64,000 nt of DNA from positions 4,352,001 to 4,416,000 of the forward strand of contig CAWIAD010000002.1 of assembly GCA_963833985.1 (NCBI GenBank), given 5' to 3'. The notes beneath the pieces were generated by a model. The model ran no database searches. It was not told the DNA's origin and worked only from the letters and a program-made list of their open reading frames with translations. Made by a program: the position numbers and the translations under genes. Position 1 is the first letter of the stretch; every line of letters begins with the position of its first letter. The DNA comes from an uncultured Planctomycetaceae bacterium. Its GTDB lineage: Bacteria; Planctomycetota; Planctomycetia; Isosphaerales; Isosphaeraceae. Shown here piece by piece: positions 51,535-61,206 of the stretch.

Positions 51535-54102
51535 ATGCGCTGCCTGCTCTGCGTTGCTTCCGTATTACTGGCCCTCAGCGGGCCTGTTGCCTGCCTCGCC
51601 GGGACGGCTGAGCAGCCGCCCGCGGCCGGGACAGCCGCCGGCCCGCGTGATTCCCAGGGACAGGCGGCGACGAAGGCCCGTCCAGCGCGGCCGCGCCGGG
51701 CGTTCGTGCCCATCGATCTGAAGAAGCTGTTCACGGCTGGCCCCCTGAGCGATCCGCGGCCCCCAAGCACCCTGCTGCCGGCCGAGACCACCACCGTGGA
51801 GCTGAAACTGACCGCGGCATCGCCCACGGTCTGCCGGTATAGCGTGGGCAAGGACCTGCCCTACGACCGCATGACGCCATTTGATCTTGCCACGGCATCA
51901 ACCGCGCCGCGGACGGTCCTGCGCGGGCTCGACCCCGACCCCGGACACTTGAACGACGTCTTCATCCGGCCGGCCACCGAGCCATCGGCCGTGCTCCAGC
52001 TTCAGTACCGCTGCCTGCCGTCGCCCCGGCCGTCGTTCCCCCGCACGGCGAACCTCTGGGGCTCCGGGCATTTCCTCGCCGGGCACATGGACCATGCCGC
52101 GCGCATCGACCTGTGGCTCGGCGTGCACGCCCGTCCCGAGCAGCTCCGGCAGTTGCGCACGCTCAACCCCAGCTGCTTCATCCTCACCGACATCAACACG
52201 GTGGAGAACAATGACGTTCCCGAGGACTATTTTCTGCGCGATACGACGGGGCGGAAGATCGAGGTCTGGCCCGGCGCTTACCGGCTGAACCTGACGCGTC
52301 CGGAGGTGGCCGAGTACCAGGCGCGGTACGCCTACCAGCGCATGCTCGAAAGCCACCTGATGTACGACGGCTGCTTCTTCGACAATTTCATGATGACCCA
52401 AAGCTGGCTGACTCACGATATCTACGACCGCCCGGTGCAGCTTGACGGCGACGGCGACGGCAAGCCGGACGCGAAGGACGCCTTTGACCGGGCGTGGCGG
52501 GCAGGCATCTTCCGCGAGCTTCGTACCTGGCGCACGTTCATGCCCTGGGCGCTGACGACCGGCCACAGCCAGGGTTATCCCCACCCCGACATCGCCGCCA
52601 TCTTCAATGGCCAGGGCATCGGCTTCTACACGACCGACGTGATCGAGGGGAAGATGCCGTTTCACGAGCTCTGGGATTATTATCACGCGTGGTGCAGTGT
52701 GACGCGGAAGCCGGCCATCACATCGGTCGAATCGGCGGTTCCGGACCAGATCGCCTACGGTTACGACTACACCCCCCAGCGGCACATGCCGCGCTCCACC
52801 TGGGACTTCGCGCGCGACTATTACCCCTACATGCGTTTCGGCCTGGCCTTCACGCTCATGAATGACGGCTACTTCAGCCACGAACTGGGCGACACCGATC
52901 ATGGGCAGGACTGGTGGTACGACGAGCTCGATTTCAAGCTGGGCGATCCGCTCGGCCCGGCGCATGCGGTCGTCGTCGGGCAGGCATCGGATCACGAGCT
53001 GGTCCTTAACGGCGGCTTCGAGAGCGAGCTGAATGACACCTGGAGCGTCTGGTGTGACCGATCGGCCGGCTGCGCGGCGACTGCCGATCGGGACACGAGC
53101 AATCCGCACCAGGGAACGCTCTCGGCGCGGATCACGATCACGTCCCCCGGCCACAGGGGCGGCATCGAGTTCACCCAGCGCAGCCGCTCCCTGGTGCAAG
53201 GCAAGGCGTACGACCTGAAATTCTGGGCCAGGGCCGACCAGCCCCAGGAAATCGCTTGCATGACGTCCCAGGGTTCAGCACCCTGGCACGGCTATGGGCT
53301 GAACCGAGACGTTCGGTTGACACCCTCGTGGCAGCCATTCACGCTGACCTTCGAGGCGTCTCGCACGGCCGCCGATGCCCGCATCCAGTTCCTCTGCGGT
53401 GGGGAACGAGGGTCGATCTGGCTCGATGACGTCTCGCTCAGGGAGCACTCTGACGAGGTTCAGCGCCGCGACTTCCGGAACGGGATCGTGCTGCTCAACG
53501 GCGCTCGGCATCGGCAGACTGTCGATGTGGGTGACGGCTTTGCCCGCATCCAGGGCACCCAGGCGCCGCGGCATCAGTCCATTCTCGACGACACGACGGG
53601 ATCCGGATTCGCAACGGCAGGCTCGTGGCGCTCCGTCGCGCTGGGAACCAAGGAATGGCATGCGATCGCTCCTTACTACCATGCCTGGAACAACCATTGC
53701 CACACGCTGGAGGGCGGGTCCGGGGAGGCGCGCTGGCAGCTTGACCTGCCCGCGCCGGGGACCTATACGATCCAGGCCTGGTGGGCGGCCGCTCCTGAGG
53801 CCACGGGCTGGAGCAAGCAGGCCGTGTATGAGATCGTGGCGGCCGGGCAGGTCGTCGCCCGCACAACCTGCGACCAGACGGCCTCCGGCGACACCTGGCA
53901 CACCCTGGCCGAAAACCTCAAGCTTGACCCGGCGCAGCAACCGTTCGTCCGGCTCCGCAGCGCCGGTTCCGGTACGCTCGTCGCCGACGCACTCCACCTG
54001 TTCTCGTCCGAACGGTACAACGACGGCAGCGTGGCGCGCCAGGTCACGCTGGAACCGATGGACGGCATCATCCTGCGGCGCGCCGGCGGGGCTTCGCGGT
54101 AG
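51535..54102 (+). CDS. Secreted multidomain putative glycoside hydrolase (TIM-barrel-like + CBM4/9-like + golvesin-like domain)
   Basis: Signal peptide; YDGCFFDN, MRFGL..TLMNDGYF, WWYDE; VLNGGFE...W.DDVSL CBM; GTYTIQAWW..VADAL. Confidence 0.7.
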   Translation: MRCLLCVASVLLALSGPVACLAGTAEQPPAAGTAAGPRDSQGQAATKARPARPRRAFVPIDLKKLFTAGPLSDPRPPSTLLPAETTTVELKLTAASPTVCRYSVGKDLPYDRMTPFDLATASTAPRTVLRGLDPDPGHLNDVFIRPATEPSAVLQLQYRCLPSPRPSFPRTANLWGSGHFLAGHMDHAARIDLWLGVHARPEQLRQLRTLNPSCFILTDINTVENNDVPEDYFLRDTTGRKIEVWPGAYRLNLTRPEVAEYQARYAYQRMLESHLMYDGCFFDNFMMTQSWLTHDIYDRPVQLDGDGDGKPDAKDAFDRAWRAGIFRELRTWRTFMPWALTTGHSQGYPHPDIAAIFNGQGIGFYTTDVIEGKMPFHELWDYYHAWCSVTRKPAITSVESAVPDQIAYGYDYTPQRHMPRSTWDFARDYYPYMRFGLAFTLMNDGYFSHELGDTDHGQDWWYDELDFKLGDPLGPAHAVVVGQASDHELVLNGGFESELNDTWSVWCDRSAGCAATADRDTSNPHQGTLSARITITSPGHRGGIEFTQRSRSLVQGKAYDLKFWARADQPQEIACMTSQGSAPWHGYGLNRDVRLTPSWQPFTLTFEASRTAADARIQFLCGGERGSIWLDDVSLREHSDEVQRRDFRNGIVLLNGARHRQTVDVGDGFARIQGTQAPRHQSILDDTTGSGFATAGSWRSVALGTKEWHAIAPYYHAWNNHCHTLEGGSGEARWQLDLPAPGTYTIQAWWAAAPEATGWSKQAVYEIVAAGQVVARTTCDQTASGDTWHTLAENLKLDPAQQPFVRLRSAGSGTLVADALHLFSSERYNDGSVARQVTLEPMDGIILRRAGGASR

Positions 54103-54209
54103 CCGGCCGGCGTTCCGCAGGTCTGGTCAGGTACGTACCGCGCGGCTGGCGGCTCGCCATGAACCATCACCGCGAGACATCCCCGCACTGATCAAGGGAA
54201 CGGACGGCG

Positions 54210-55106
54210 ATGCGCATCCTGGTGGCCATCCCGCACTATTTCGATCACGGCCGCGATCGGCGCCGGGGTACGGGGCACGGCTCCCTTGCAGGCAACCCGG
54301 CGCCGCGGGTGGAGGCGCTCACGCAGTGCATCTCGGCCCTGCACCAGCTCTTCGGCGGATCGCAGGTCATGATCGACCAGATCCGGGGCGATCGGAGACC
54401 GGCCAACGCCCTGCTGGCTTCATCGCGGCTGGAGGTGATCGTGTGCACGACGCGCGGGGAGCACCTGCTGGACCACCTGCACCTGTGCCGCGACGCCGTG
54501 CGCCACTGGCCCACCGACGCCGAGCCCCATCTGCTGGGGTTTGCATGCCACCGCGCCCTCTCCGAGCGGCAGGGCGCGTTTGATTTCTATGGCTACCTCG
54601 AGGATGACCTCATTCTCCGCGACCCGCTCTTCTTCGCCAAGCAGACCTGGTTCCAGGGCCAGTTCGGGCCTGGCGCCGTGCTGCTTCCCAATCGCTATGA
54701 GGTCGTCCGCCGCGGGCCCGCCTGGAAGGCGTACATCGACGGCGACCTGCCGCCGGAGCTGACAACGCCCTTCCAGGACCTGGCGCAGGCACCCGAGCTG
54801 ATGGCACGATGCCTGGACGTCGAGGTGGCCTTCCACCGTCCCTTGAACCCGCACTCGGGCTGTTTTTTCCTGACCGGTGAGCAGTTAGGCTCCTGGGCGG
54901 AGCGAACCGATCCGCACAAGCCCGACACGACGTTCGTCGGCCCTCTGGAAAGCGCAGCGACGCTGGCGCTGATGCGCGCGTTCCGGGTTTACAAGCCGGC
55001 TCGGCACGTCGCCGCCTTCCTGGAGATCGAGCACCACGGCTCGGCGTACCTGAGACAACCTGAGCGCGAAGCATCCGTGACCTGCGGCACGCGGCCGGTA
55101 CGTTGA
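54210..55106 (+). CDS. Hypothetical protein, possible GT-A-like fold
   Basis: MRILVAIPHY beta start, FDFYGYLEDDL acidic motif, NPHSGCFFL. Confidence 0.6.
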   Translation: MRILVAIPHYFDHGRDRRRGTGHGSLAGNPAPRVEALTQCISALHQLFGGSQVMIDQIRGDRRPANALLASSRLEVIVCTTRGEHLLDHLHLCRDAVRHWPTDAEPHLLGFACHRALSERQGAFDFYGYLEDDLILRDPLFFAKQTWFQGQFGPGAVLLPNRYEVVRRGPAWKAYIDGDLPPELTTPFQDLAQAPELMARCLDVEVAFHRPLNPHSGCFFLTGEQLGSWAERTDPHKPDTTFVGPLESAATLALMRAFRVYKPARHVAAFLEIEHHGSAYLRQPEREASVTCGTRPVR

Positions 55107-55138
55107 TGGTCGCTGGGCCGCCGTCCGGCGTCTTCCGT

Positions 55139-57304
55139 TCAGGGCCGGAACGTCTGATCGATGTCGCGGTCGGTCGGCAGGTCGACGGTCCGATCCACTC
55201 CCGTCAGCCCGCGCAGATGAACGACGATCTTCGCGGGTGGACGGGGACGGAGCTGTGCCATCCTGAGGTGCACGCTCTGGCCATCATCCGTGACGCGGAG
55301 CTCCAGGTGCAGCGGGCCGAAAGGAGTGAGCACGCCACTCAGGCGGGTGACCTTGCCGGGTCCGGCCCAGGATCGTGGCAACCCCTCGAAGAGGTGCAGT
55401 TCATCGCCGCGGTCGAGCTCGATGAGGTGATCGCAGAGGCGGACAAACTCAGCGCTCGCCCAGTTGTGGGGCATGTCGCCGACCTCCTCGTTCCCCTGGC
55501 CGGCGGGTTTCTGCTCCTCGCGCCAGACCCGCGTGGGGCAGGCGTGGCGGGCGAAGTCGTAGAGCACGCCGGCTGCCTCGTCCGCCTGGCCGTTCCAGAG
55601 AACCGCATGGCCGTAGAACGAGGCGAAGTACGTCCAGATACCCCCGCGCATCCAGCCGGTGTCATAGACCAGACCCTCGCCGGCTTTCCGCGTGGCGCGG
55701 AGCATGGCGAGCTGATCGGAGGCGAGCGGGTCTCCCGGCGCGAAGACGCCGCCGGGGTAGACGGCGTGGCAGAAGGCCCACTGCCCGCGCTGGGGTACGT
55801 GGTGATCGATGTCTCTCATCATGGTCGGCACGTAGCGATGGCCCGCCGGGTCGAGCCGGACGTCGCGGGCGGCTGCCCGGCGGTAGGCGGCCAGAAAGTC
55901 ATCGTACTCGTGTTGCCAGGCGGAGGCGTCGTCGAGCTCGCCCAGCCAGTGTGCGGCCGCGATGATCGACTTCAGGCCGGCCAGGCACCAGTACGTGTTC
56001 GAGTATTCCGGCCTGGCCGCGTTGCTGATGCCGCCATCAACCTCACCCGGCGGCAGGAGTCCGAACTCGGGGGCGTCGGGACGCGCGGAAGCCCGGACAC
56101 GCAGGGCGGCGATGGCCTGCACCACGGCCCTCAGCTTCGGCCAGCGGGCACGCAGCCAGGCCGGGTCCTGGGTCAACCGCGCGTGCCGGCTGGCGGCCCA
56201 GAGAACGATTCCGTTCTCCTTCCAGAAGTGGGGCAGAACCTCGAAGCTGCCGTCTGGCTTCTGATGGCTCAGCAAGTACTCCACGCCAGCGCGCGTCCAT
56301 GCCGCGTCCCAGGATGGCCGCGGTCTCCAGCAAGAATGATCCATCCACCACCCAGAGTCCGCGATAGACCGTGGGACCCACATGGAATGCCGGCAGACCG
56401 TTCTTGATCTCCGCGCTTGCCAGATGTTGCGCACGCAGGCTTCGAGCATTCCCTGGATTCCCGCATCGGGAACCTGGATGGTGTTCCAGGGCAGATCGGC
56501 GCGCTCCCACCACTCCCGGGCGGCGTCGCGCGCTTGAGATGCTTGGGCAGTGGTCAGTGGAGGGAGAACCGCGGGGCTGTTGCGGTCGATCGTCCAGGCG
56601 AGCTGGCGACCTTCACCGGGCCGCAGCAGCATCTCCGGAAGCCGGATCATGGCCGGCTGCCCGGCAGCAAGTCCCAGCTCGGCCCCGCTCTCGGACGACT
56701 GTATCCGCGTGCCAGGGCCAACGAGCACGCCTCCTCCCTGAACCGAGCGGACCGGTGGCACGCTGCTGATTCGCAAGGCGGGCCGGCGATGGAGCTCCTG
56801 CGCACCCGTGTTCCGGAGTGTGAGCAGGAGCACGATGCGCCGCTCGGGCGCGGCCCAGTTGAAGAGATGCATCTTGGGGCTGCCACCGGAGGGCGCCTCC
56901 GGCAGGGCCGCGCCCGATTCGGGCGGGATGACCACGAACGCCTCGGAGCACAGGTGCAACGCGGCATCCGACTGCACCGTCTGAACGATGGGAGCACGCG
57001 GCGACACCGTCTGCTGCTGCCGCCATGGCGCGGCCGGCTCGATTTCCGGTTGCAATACGACGCCGAAATTCCGCACTCCGGACCGGCCAAAATCGAGCAG
57101 GACCTGGCCCTCCTTGCCCACGAGGACCTTGTCCGGGTCGTCAGGCAGGCAGATGGCTGTCTGCCACCAGGGCGGGGCGTACCGGAAGTCCACTCCCTCC
57201 GGACCGGCCGGAACTGGCGGCTGTCCGGGAGCCGCCTGCGCCAGAGCCAGAGTGGCGGCCGCGGTGAGCAGCCACGTCGGAATGGTCCGTTGCAGATGCC
57301 GCAT
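55139..57304 (-). CDS. Secreted six-hairpin (alpha/alpha)6 glycosidase-like protein with two compensating frameshifts (about 56410 and 56295)
   Basis: GGAGG RBS and signal peptide; the plausible segment [24 protein letters not shown] lies in another frame; [25 protein letters not shown]. Confidence 0.7.
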   Translation of the reverse strand: MRHLQRTIPTWLLTAAATLALAQAAPGQPPVPAGPEGVDFRYAPPWWQTAICLPDDPDKVLVGKEGQVLLDFGRSGVRNFGVVLQPEIEPAAPWRQQQTVSPRAPIVQTVQSDAALHLCSEAFVVIPPESGAALPEAPSGGSPKMHLFNWAAPERRIVLLLTLRNTGAQELHRRPALRISSVPPVRSVQGGGVLVGPGTRIQSSESGAELGLAAGQPAMIRLPEMLLRPGEGRQLAWTIDRNSPAVLPPLTTAQASQARDAAREWWERADLPWNTIQVPDAGIQGMLEACVRNIWQARRSRTVCRHSMWVPRSIADSGWWMDHSCWRPRPSWDAAWTRAGVEYLLSHQKPDGSFEVLPHFWKENGIVLWAASRHARLTQDPAWLRARWPKLRAVVQAIAALRVRASARPDAPEFGLLPPGEVDGGISNAARPEYSNTYWCLAGLKSIIAAAHWLGELDDASAWQHEYDDFLAAYRRAAARDVRLDPAGHRYVPTMMRDIDHHVPQRGQWAFCHAVYPGGVFAPGDPLASDQLAMLRATRKAGEGLVYDTGWMRGGIWTYFASFYGHAVLWNGQADEAAGVLYDFARHACPTRVWREEQKPAGQGNEEVGDMPHNWASAEFVRLCDHLIELDRGDELHLFEGLPRSWAGPGKVTRLSGVLTPFGPLHLELRVTDDGQSVHLRMAQLRPRPPAKIVVHLRGLTGVDRTVDLPTDRDIDQTFRP

Positions 57305-57626
57305 GGCTACGCCTCCACAGCGAGACTGGGCGAGTGCCGGCAGTTCCGTCGTCGCAATCGAGCCAGCGCCGGCTCTCCATCGCTCCGTCATACGACTTCC
57401 TCAAGCCCCGGGCAAGTACCTGGGCCTTAAGCCACAGACCCTCCCCGGCAGCCGGCAACCGGGCGTGCGCCCTGTCCGGTCCGCCCGTGCCTGCCGGCCC
57501 CGCGTGATGCGTTTTGGACCTTCGAGATGATCGTAGGCATCGGCCGCGCGTCCGCGGCCCGGAAGAGCCCTGGCGAGCTAGAGTTCTCAAGAACGGTTTT
57601 CCATCAGGGCATCGGAGAGACGCGTC

Positions 57627-60600
57627 GTGATCTGCTCACCAGCGGTTCGACCTCGCAAGGCGAGGCCTGCGCACCCGTGCCGGCCCCGCCTGGAGGGCCT
57701 GGAAACCCGCTTGACGCCGGCACTCGCCGTGATGGCCCCTGGCCTGGCGAATGTCGCCTCGATCGTCATGCATCCCAACTTCCTGATCTGCCCGTCCGGC
57801 TCCGGCGCCGCGGCCATCTCCGAGACGATGCCGAGCGGATCCTCGGCCCAGCCCGCGGGCCATCTCGCTCTGGGCGGTTTCTCGCCGCAGCAAATTCTCA
57901 ACGCCTACGGAATCAGCCAAACCCAGTTCGGCACGATCCAGGGCGACGGAACCGGACAGACCATCGCCATCGTCGACGCGTACGATGACCCAGGCCTGGT
58001 CTCGACATCCAGCGCCGCTTTCTCCAGCAGCGATCTGGCCCAGTTTGACAGGCAATTCGGGCTGCCCGATCCGCCGAGCTTCACCAAGCTGGGACAGGAC
58101 GGCAGCACGAATTTGCCCGGCACCGACAGTACGCACAACTGGGAAATCGAAGAGTCGCTGGACGTCGAATGGGCGCATGCCATTGCTCCCGCGGCCAGCA
58201 TCGTCCTGGTAGAATGCAACTCGGCCACCTTCCAGGACCTGGTCCAGACCGGGGTCCGAACGGCCGCGGATCTGCCGGGCGTCTCGGTGGTCTCCATGAG
58301 CTTTGGCTCATCCGAGTTTGCATCCGAATCCTACTACGACACCTACTTCACCACGCCCAGCGGGCATCAAGGGGTGACTTTCGTCGCGTCCACGGGCGAC
58401 TCCGGCGCTCCAGGCGGTTATCCGGCGGTCTCTGCCAACGTCGTGGCGGTCGGCGGCACCAGCCTCACGCTGAATGCGGAGAGCTCGTACCAGAACGAGC
58501 TGGGCTGGTCCGGCAGTGGCGGCGGCCCGAGCACCTACGAAAGCAAGCCGAGCTTCCAGCAGAACGTTCAAAGCTCCAGCCAGCGGACCATCCCCGACGT
58601 GGCGTTCGACGCGAACCCCAGCACCGGCGTGGCCGTTTATGATTCGTTCGCCCAGAGCAATCCCTGGCTGCAAGTCGGCGGCACCAGCCTGGCCGCGCCG
58701 TGCTGGGGAGGCATCGTCGCCATCGCCGATCAGGGACGCGTGGCCGCCGGCGTGGGAACACTCGATGGACCCGGCCAGACGCTGCCCGCGCTGTATTCGT
58801 TGTCATCGGCCGACTTCCACGACGTCACCAGCGGTTCCAACGGCTACCAGGCGACCGCCGGCTACGACATGGTGACCGGCATCGGCAGTCCGAAGGCCAA
58901 TCTGCTGGTGGGCAATCTTGCCACGTACCAGCTTGCGAGCCGGCTGGCCGTGACGTCGCAGCTTCCCTCCAGTCTCACGGCCGGGGCGCAGTTCAGCGTG
59001 TCAGTCGCGGTCCTGGACGCTGCCGGCAACGCGGTAACGAGCTACAAGGGCACGGTGACCATTTCCCTCGCCGCCGGACCGGCGGGAAGCGGGCTCTCCG
59101 GCACGTGCCAGGTCACGGTGGCAAACGGTGTGGGCAGCTTCTCGAGTCTGTGGCTGGACACCGCCGGCAGCGGCTACGCACTCCAGATCAGCGGCAGCGG
59201 CCTGACCTCCGCGACGATCACCGGCCTGAGCGTGACGCCTGCCGCGGCCAGCCAGCTCGTGATTACGGGGCAACCCCCCGCGTCAGTCACGGCCGGCACG
59301 CCCTTCGGCTTGCAGGTGGCTGTCGAGGACAGCTACGGCAATCTCGAGACCGGCGACACCGGGCAGGTCTCGCTCTCGCTCGTCAGCGGACCGTCCGGCG
59401 CGATGCTGGGAGGCACCAGCTCCGTCACGGCCGCGAGCGGAGTGGCCGGCTTCGAGAATCTCTGGCTGGACGCGGCAGGAGGCAACAACGTGATCGTGGC
59501 CAGCAGTGGAGCGCTGGCATCAGCCCCTTGCCAGTCGATGACCGTCACACCCGGTCCAGTCGCCAGGCTGGCGGTCACCAGCCCGCCGCCGGCGAGCATT
59601 GCCGCGGGCGCCCGCTTCGCCATGGGAGTGGCTCTGTATGACGCCTACGGCAACCTGGAGACAGGCAATTCCAGCACGGTGAACGTGGCCATTGGAAGCG
59701 GCCCGAGCGGGGCGGCTCTCGGCGGTCTGACGTCGCAGACGGCTGACCAGGGAACTGTCAGCTTCAGCGGACTGGTCATCGACGTCACCGGCAGCTATCA
59801 ACTCAAGGTGACGGGCGGCGGCCTGACTGCTTCCAGCGCTCCGTCGCTCATCGTCCAGCCCGGCTCGCCAGCAGAGCTGACCATCTCGGGAATGCCCGCA
59901 GCACCCCTGGCCGCCGGCAACGCATTCGGCCTGAGCGTCACCGCGCTTGACGCATTCGGCAACGTGGAAACCAGCATGGGCGGAAGTGTCAGCCTGACGC
60001 TGACGGGAGGCACCACGGGAGCCGTCCTGGTGGGTTCCCGGGTCGTCACGTTCCACCAGGGCGCGGCCAGCTTTTCCGGGCTGGCAATTGACCTCGCGGG
60101 CAACGGTTATGCACTCGCTGCCAGCGGCGCCGGGCTGACTGCCACGACGGGCAGTTTCAGCGTCGCGGCCGGCACGGCCTCGAGGCTGGTGCTGCTTTCC
60201 CAGCCGCCGGCGACCGTCGTGGCCGGTGGCAACTTCGGATTCGCCGTCCAGGTACAGGACGCCTGGGGCAACATCGCCGCCGGTACTGGCGGCACGCTCA
60301 TGGCCTCCTTGGCGGCAAACCCGGCAGGCGACTGGCTGAGCGGGGACGTGAGCGTACCGGTGACCGCAGGCGTGGCCACGTTCACGAGCCTGGAGCTCAG
60401 TCACGCGGTGAGCGGCGACACGATTCTCGTGAGCGGTGCAGGCCTTTCCAGCGTGACCACACGCGCCTTGACCGTCACGCCGGCGGCCGCCAGCCATTTT
60501 GTGATGATCACCCAGCCCCCATCCAGCGTGACCGCGGGAGTGCCGTTCGGGCTGGCCGTCGCCGCGGAGGACCCATTCGGAAACCTTGTGCCAGGCTGTT

Positions 60601-61166
60601 CCGTCACGGCGGCCCTTGCGGCCAACCCTTCTGCTGCCGCACTCCAGGGGCCCGTGTCGGTCACCGCGAGCCAGGGCGTGGCCGCGTTCACGAGCCTGTC
60701 GATCCTCAAGGCCGGAGGGCCCTACACGATCGCTGTCAGTTCGGCGGGGCTGGCACCCGTTGCAATGGGTCTGGTCGGCGTGACGCCCGCGGCTGCGTCG
60801 AGGCTGGTCCTCACCACCGGTCCGCCCGCGACGGTCACGGTCGGATCGAGCTTCCGGATGGTCGCGGCCGTGGAGGACGCGTATGGCAACGTGGTCGCTG
60901 GATACGGCGGCAGCGTCACCGCGGCCGTACCGGGCGTCCACGGCAAAACACCACTCCGCGGCACCCTGGTCGAGCCGATCTCCGGCGGCGTTGCCACCTT
61001 CCCCGGTCTGAGCCTCAACAAGGTGGGCAAGGGCTACATCGTGACGCTTTCGGCCCGGAACCTCCCTGCCGCGGCCACGGCGCCGTTTTCCGTGACCCTG
61101 GCTCCGCGAGTCCCCGCGAAGCATCCGGCCGCCCACCCGGTTCAGGTCCGCAAAGCGCGGCGATGA
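57627..61166 (+). CDS. S53 (sedolisin-like) peptidase with planctomycete LEPR-type motif and seven Ig-like repeats
   Basis: RPRLEGLETRLTP; EESLDVE, STGDSG, GGTSLAAP, GYDMVTGIGSP; seven repeats of about 100 aa starting A.RL...QPP..V.AG. Confidence 0.88.
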   Translation: MICSPAVRPRKARPAHPCRPRLEGLETRLTPALAVMAPGLANVASIVMHPNFLICPSGSGAAAISETMPSGSSAQPAGHLALGGFSPQQILNAYGISQTQFGTIQGDGTGQTIAIVDAYDDPGLVSTSSAAFSSSDLAQFDRQFGLPDPPSFTKLGQDGSTNLPGTDSTHNWEIEESLDVEWAHAIAPAASIVLVECNSATFQDLVQTGVRTAADLPGVSVVSMSFGSSEFASESYYDTYFTTPSGHQGVTFVASTGDSGAPGGYPAVSANVVAVGGTSLTLNAESSYQNELGWSGSGGGPSTYESKPSFQQNVQSSSQRTIPDVAFDANPSTGVAVYDSFAQSNPWLQVGGTSLAAPCWGGIVAIADQGRVAAGVGTLDGPGQTLPALYSLSSADFHDVTSGSNGYQATAGYDMVTGIGSPKANLLVGNLATYQLASRLAVTSQLPSSLTAGAQFSVSVAVLDAAGNAVTSYKGTVTISLAAGPAGSGLSGTCQVTVANGVGSFSSLWLDTAGSGYALQISGSGLTSATITGLSVTPAAASQLVITGQPPASVTAGTPFGLQVAVEDSYGNLETGDTGQVSLSLVSGPSGAMLGGTSSVTAASGVAGFENLWLDAAGGNNVIVASSGALASAPCQSMTVTPGPVARLAVTSPPPASIAAGARFAMGVALYDAYGNLETGNSSTVNVAIGSGPSGAALGGLTSQTADQGTVSFSGLVIDVTGSYQLKVTGGGLTASSAPSLIVQPGSPAELTISGMPAAPLAAGNAFGLSVTALDAFGNVETSMGGSVSLTLTGGTTGAVLVGSRVVTFHQGAASFSGLAIDLAGNGYALAASGAGLTATTGSFSVAAGTASRLVLLSQPPATVVAGGNFGFAVQVQDAWGNIAAGTGGTLMASLAANPAGDWLSGDVSVPVTAGVATFTSLELSHAVSGDTILVSGAGLSSVTTRALTVTPAAASHFVMITQPPSSVTAGVPFGLAVAAEDPFGNLVPGCSVTAALAANPSAAALQGPVSVTASQGVAAFTSLSILKAGGPYTIAVSSAGLAPVAMGLVGVTPAAASRLVLTTGPPATVTVGSSFRMVAAVEDAYGNVVAGYGGSVTAAVPGVHGKTPLRGTLVEPISGGVATFPGLSLNKVGKGYIVTLSARNLPAAATAPFSVTLAPRVPAKHPAAHPVQVRKARR

Positions 61167-61206
61167 GGCTCACGCAATTCGCCTGCTGGCAACCGCCGCC
61201 AAGCGC

